A DNA stretch of 26,762 nt from a virus (Duplodnaviria > Caudoviricetes): positions 1 to 26,762 of the IMG/VR virus record IMGVR_UViG_3300011417_000024. The stretch is one strand, 5' to 3'. The stretch's first letter is position 1. Each line of letters begins with the position of its first letter. Positions 24,442-26,762 of this stretch are shown here, piece by piece. The position numbers and the translations under genes were made by a program. The notes below the pieces were generated by a model. That model had not been told where the DNA came from. It searched no databases and saw only the letters and a list, made by a program, of their open reading frames with translations.

Positions 24442-24517
24442 TCCTACAGTCTTCTAAGCATAGACTTAAGGTTATACAGTATATAAAAAGCCGTTATTTA
24501 TTAACGGCTTTTATTTT
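24442..24517 (+). ncRNA. Candidate trans-acting antisense sRNA against the polA start
   Basis: Bounded by a promoter and a terminator, contains no ORF, and 24450-24463 is the reverse complement of 11508-11521. The 5' end is approximate. Confidence 0.65.
24486..24517 (+). terminator. Intrinsic terminator, possibly bidirectional
   Basis: AAAAGCCGTTA/TAACGGCTTTT flanked by A and T tracts. Confidence 0.85.
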
Positions 24518-24558
24518 ATATTTTTTTCTGTATAGCTTTAGGAAAATGCTTACAACTT

Positions 24559-24912
24559 ATGGGCAGTAAACGTAACCGCACTGCAGGCCATGGCTTCGAG
24601 AGGTGCATTATCAACGAGCTTAAGCTATTAGGCTTCCCGGAAGCAGTTTCAGCAAGATCAGAAAGTAGAAATTTAGATGACAAAGGTGTTGATATCTGTA
24701 ATGTCAAGCCTTATAATATCCAATGTAAAAACACTGTGCTTACACCTAACTATCACGAGCTGATTACTAATATGCCACAGGATCCGGAAGTAGCCAACAT
24801 CGTCATTCATAGAAAAACTAAAAAAGCTAATACCAGGTTTGTAACCCAGGATGATTATGTGCTAATGCGAAAGTCAGACTTCTACAAGATCCTGAAAAAG
24901 CTTCATACTTAA
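24559..24912 (+). CDS. PD-(D/E)xK nuclease, Holliday junction resolvase-like
   Basis: GHGFER...GVD...IQCK motif. Confidence 0.8.
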   Translation: MGSKRNRTAGHGFERCIINELKLLGFPEAVSARSESRNLDDKGVDICNVKPYNIQCKNTVLTPNYHELITNMPQDPEVANIVIHRKTKKANTRFVTQDDYVLMRKSDFYKILKKLHT

Positions 24913-24938
24913 AATTTTTGTTAGTTAGTCAACACTAA

Positions 24939-24967
24939 GGGGAGCTGGAAACGGTTCCCCTTTTTTT
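24939..24967 (+). terminator. Intrinsic terminator
   Basis: GGGGAGCTG-GAAA-CGGTTCCCC followed by T7. Confidence 0.92.
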
Positions 24968-24986
24968 ATAACTTAAAACCTAAACC

Positions 24987-25154
24987 ATGAAAATGAAAGT
25001 ATGGGTAAATGTTTACTACGCATGCTACACAAACAGAACCCGGTTTTACTTCTCGCAATCTTATTCTACCAAAGCCAAAGCCTTGGTAGGACTTGCACAC
25101 AAGAAGCACAGCATGAAAGATTTGTATTATGACACTATTAAGATTTACTTATGA
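24987..25154 (+). CDS. Small hypothetical protein (55 aa, not in ORF track)
   Basis: MKMKVWVNVYYACYTNRTRFYFSQSYSTKAKALVG...; A/C-rich leader and ATGA coupling to the next gene. Confidence 0.65.
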   Translation: MKMKVWVNVYYACYTNRTRFYFSQSYSTKAKALVGLAHKKHSMKDLYYDTIKIYL

Positions 25155-25348
25155 CAGACCTAGAAGATGTTGAATTTCTTCCTCCAGATAAGAAAACTAC
25201 TGCCAATGCTGCTTTAATCAAGAAGGCTTTCTATGCTGGATTTAAATCAGGCGTTGCTTTTGTAAATGAAAGTGAATCTATGAACGATGTTTATTGGCGA
25301 CAAAAAGCATTTAAAGACTTTTGTAAGAACAACAAAATCAAATTATGA
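25151..25348 (+). CDS. Hypothetical protein
   Basis: 65 aa with AFYAGF motif. Confidence 0.7.
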   Translation: MTDLEDVEFLPPDKKTTANAALIKKAFYAGFKSGVAFVNESESMNDVYWRQKAFKDFCKNNKIKL

Positions 25349-25617
25349 AACTAACAGAAGACTTTCTTTTAGAAAATGGATTTGAAAAAGTTCCATATTT
25401 CACAATTACAAATACAATATTCAAAGACTTGGGAAGAAACAGAATCTTATCAATAGGTTGTGTTGGAACTCCTAATGAAATGGTTTGGATTTGTGAGGTT
25501 GATAGAACTGATCCAAAAAAGATTAATGATTTAGTGTGCCTTAGAAACTATGATTATGATGGCTACACAACTCAAAAAGAATTACTAGAGCTTTATTCTA
25601 TTATCATAAAAAAATGA
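25345..25617 (+). CDS. Hypothetical protein
   Basis: 90 aa with LTEDFLLENGF start and ATGA coupling. Confidence 0.75.
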   Translation: MKLTEDFLLENGFEKVPYFTITNTIFKDLGRNRILSIGCVGTPNEMVWICEVDRTDPKKINDLVCLRNYDYDGYTTQKELLELYSIIIKK

Positions 25618-26366
25618 AAACTAACTTACAACGCAAAATCAGCTGGGAGCCAGCTTATGATAAACGTCATGCTGATCCTCAGAAAAACTATGGTGTACAT
25701 GGTTTGACCATGAGATTTTTAGTATCTGGCAAGCTTGGTACTGTACAGTTTTTACTATACACCAACTGGTTATTAGCCAGTACCCGGAAAGATTTTGATC
25801 AATTTGAAAAAGTCAGTAGGTTTTTGCTGGACCCTTTGCCGGCAGATATAGGCTATCATTCCAGGGTGCCTAGATATGAAGGCCAGAACCCAATGTTCAG
25901 AACCAAGATCAAGCGCAAAGCCCCAAAAGAAATTGTATTTGATGACGAAGTAGTAAGTCTGCCGGATTTTGAATTAGACAGAGAGTTCCTGCCAGAGCCT
26001 TGTATTTATCTTAACGGGGATCCTTGTTTTTATGACGGAAGTAGCTTAAATGCTGTAAGGTATTTTGATATCCTAGTAGAGAAAGGCGATGAAGCTTTGT
26101 GGCTTGCACTGGAAGATTATTACTCTAGGGCATTAGGTATTGAAGCAAGCTGGTTAAGCAAGTTTTACATTTTCGCTGACGAGACAGATAAAAACGAGCC
26201 TGTAAATCCAATACAATGGTTTTATATCTACAGGCATCAAAACGGGGCCTGGGAAAAAAGTGAAATGTTTAACAGTATACCCAGTGTTATCTGGTCAAAA
26301 ATAAAAACGCATTGCCAAGTATTTTACAAAAAATTTAATAAGTTTACAAGTAGAAAAACTGTATAA
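25614..26366 (+). CDS. Hypothetical protein
   Basis: 250 aa with DIGYHS and CFYDGSSL motifs. Confidence 0.8.
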   Translation: MKTNLQRKISWEPAYDKRHADPQKNYGVHGLTMRFLVSGKLGTVQFLLYTNWLLASTRKDFDQFEKVSRFLLDPLPADIGYHSRVPRYEGQNPMFRTKIKRKAPKEIVFDDEVVSLPDFELDREFLPEPCIYLNGDPCFYDGSSLNAVRYFDILVEKGDEALWLALEDYYSRALGIEASWLSKFYIFADETDKNEPVNPIQWFYIYRHQNGAWEKSEMFNSIPSVIWSKIKTHCQVFYKKFNKFTSRKTV

Positions 26367-26440
26367 CGCTTATGCTTTGCTTACAACTCAGACCTGGAGT
26401 TTCCTCTCCCGGTATTTTCACAACTAACTTTATCCTACTT

Positions 26441-26725
26441 ATGCTAACTACATCACAACAACGTGAAGTGGACAAGTGGCTTATTAAGAATCAGCCTCAA
26501 GTCCAATACTTGCTTGAGGAAAATGCGCTTAAGCAACTTTTGTATGAAGTTTATGAAGCTGGCATACAGACACAGCTTACTCTGGAACGTAAAAACAATG
26601 AAGAAGAGGAAGAAGATGACGATGCTAATGAAGCTGAAGAAGCTAAAATTCAGGAAGAAGTTAAATCACGTATCCAAGATGATAAGCTTACATGCTATTC
26701 CAGTATACTAATTCAAAATTTATGA
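26441..26725 (+). CDS. Hypothetical acidic protein
   Basis: ATG 26441 has the typical CAACTAAC-rich leader; poly-Glu/Asp tract. Confidence 0.7.
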   Translation: MLTTSQQREVDKWLIKNQPQVQYLLEENALKQLLYEVYEAGIQTQLTLERKNNEEEEEDDDANEAEEAKIQEEVKSRIQDDKLTCYSSILIQNL

Positions 26726-26762
26726 CACCTGTAAACACACATGTTAACAAAGTACTTATTGA
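26722..26762 (+). CDS. Start of the next gene, truncated by the window
   Basis: ATGA overlap; frame open to the end. Confidence 0.5.
   Translation, partial: MTPVNTHVNKVLI

Noticed and set aside
252-24707. Minus-strand and alternate-frame ORFs in the track (e.g. 252-497, 3855-4040, 8307-8636, 18203-18556, 19045-19407, 24366-24569)
   Set aside because: They overlap well-supported plus-strand genes or terminators and show no recognisable motifs or typical leaders
1-26762. Stop-codon reassignment as in some crAss-like phages
   Set aside because: Long genes are intact under code 11, and both TAG (2169, 5723, 16402) and TGA act as stops directly before the next gene or a hairpin
1-26762. Prophage or mobile-element signatures
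   Set aside because: No integrase, repressor, transposase or host housekeeping genes are seen

Overview
A 26.8 kb, AT-rich, almost entirely plus-strand segment of a lytic dsDNA phage, probably infecting Bacteroidota and crAss-like in its replication genes. The host and lineage are inferred from the A/C-rich leaders without Shine-Dalgarno sites, a TTTG-N19-TAnnTTTG promoter, and the short DnaB, AAA_24 ATPase and TKSxKD-type primase. Layout: small genes (1-1384); a non-coding control region with terminators and G/C-run palindromes (1385-1860); one ORF plus about 570 nt of structured non-coding sequence (1864-2750); an early-type array of small genes with tRNA-Phe, a WGR-fused ATP-dependent DNA ligase and two atypical tRNA-like RNAs (2784-11490); and a replication module with PolA, SF2 helicase, DnaB, AAA_24, primase, MoxR/VWA and a resolvase (11510-24912). 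The most unusual signal is a candidate set of phage-encoded trans-acting antisense RNAs aimed at the phage's own translation starts. One promoter- and terminator-bounded sRNA (about 24442-24517) pairs 14+10 nt across the polA start codon 13 kb away. A tRNA-scaffolded RNA (10019-10128) has an apical loop that is the reverse complement of the CAACAACTAC leader shared by many early genes. A 3'UTR seed matches a second leader class, ACTAACTAACA. All calls were made by eye from the sequence; no searches or folding programs were run.
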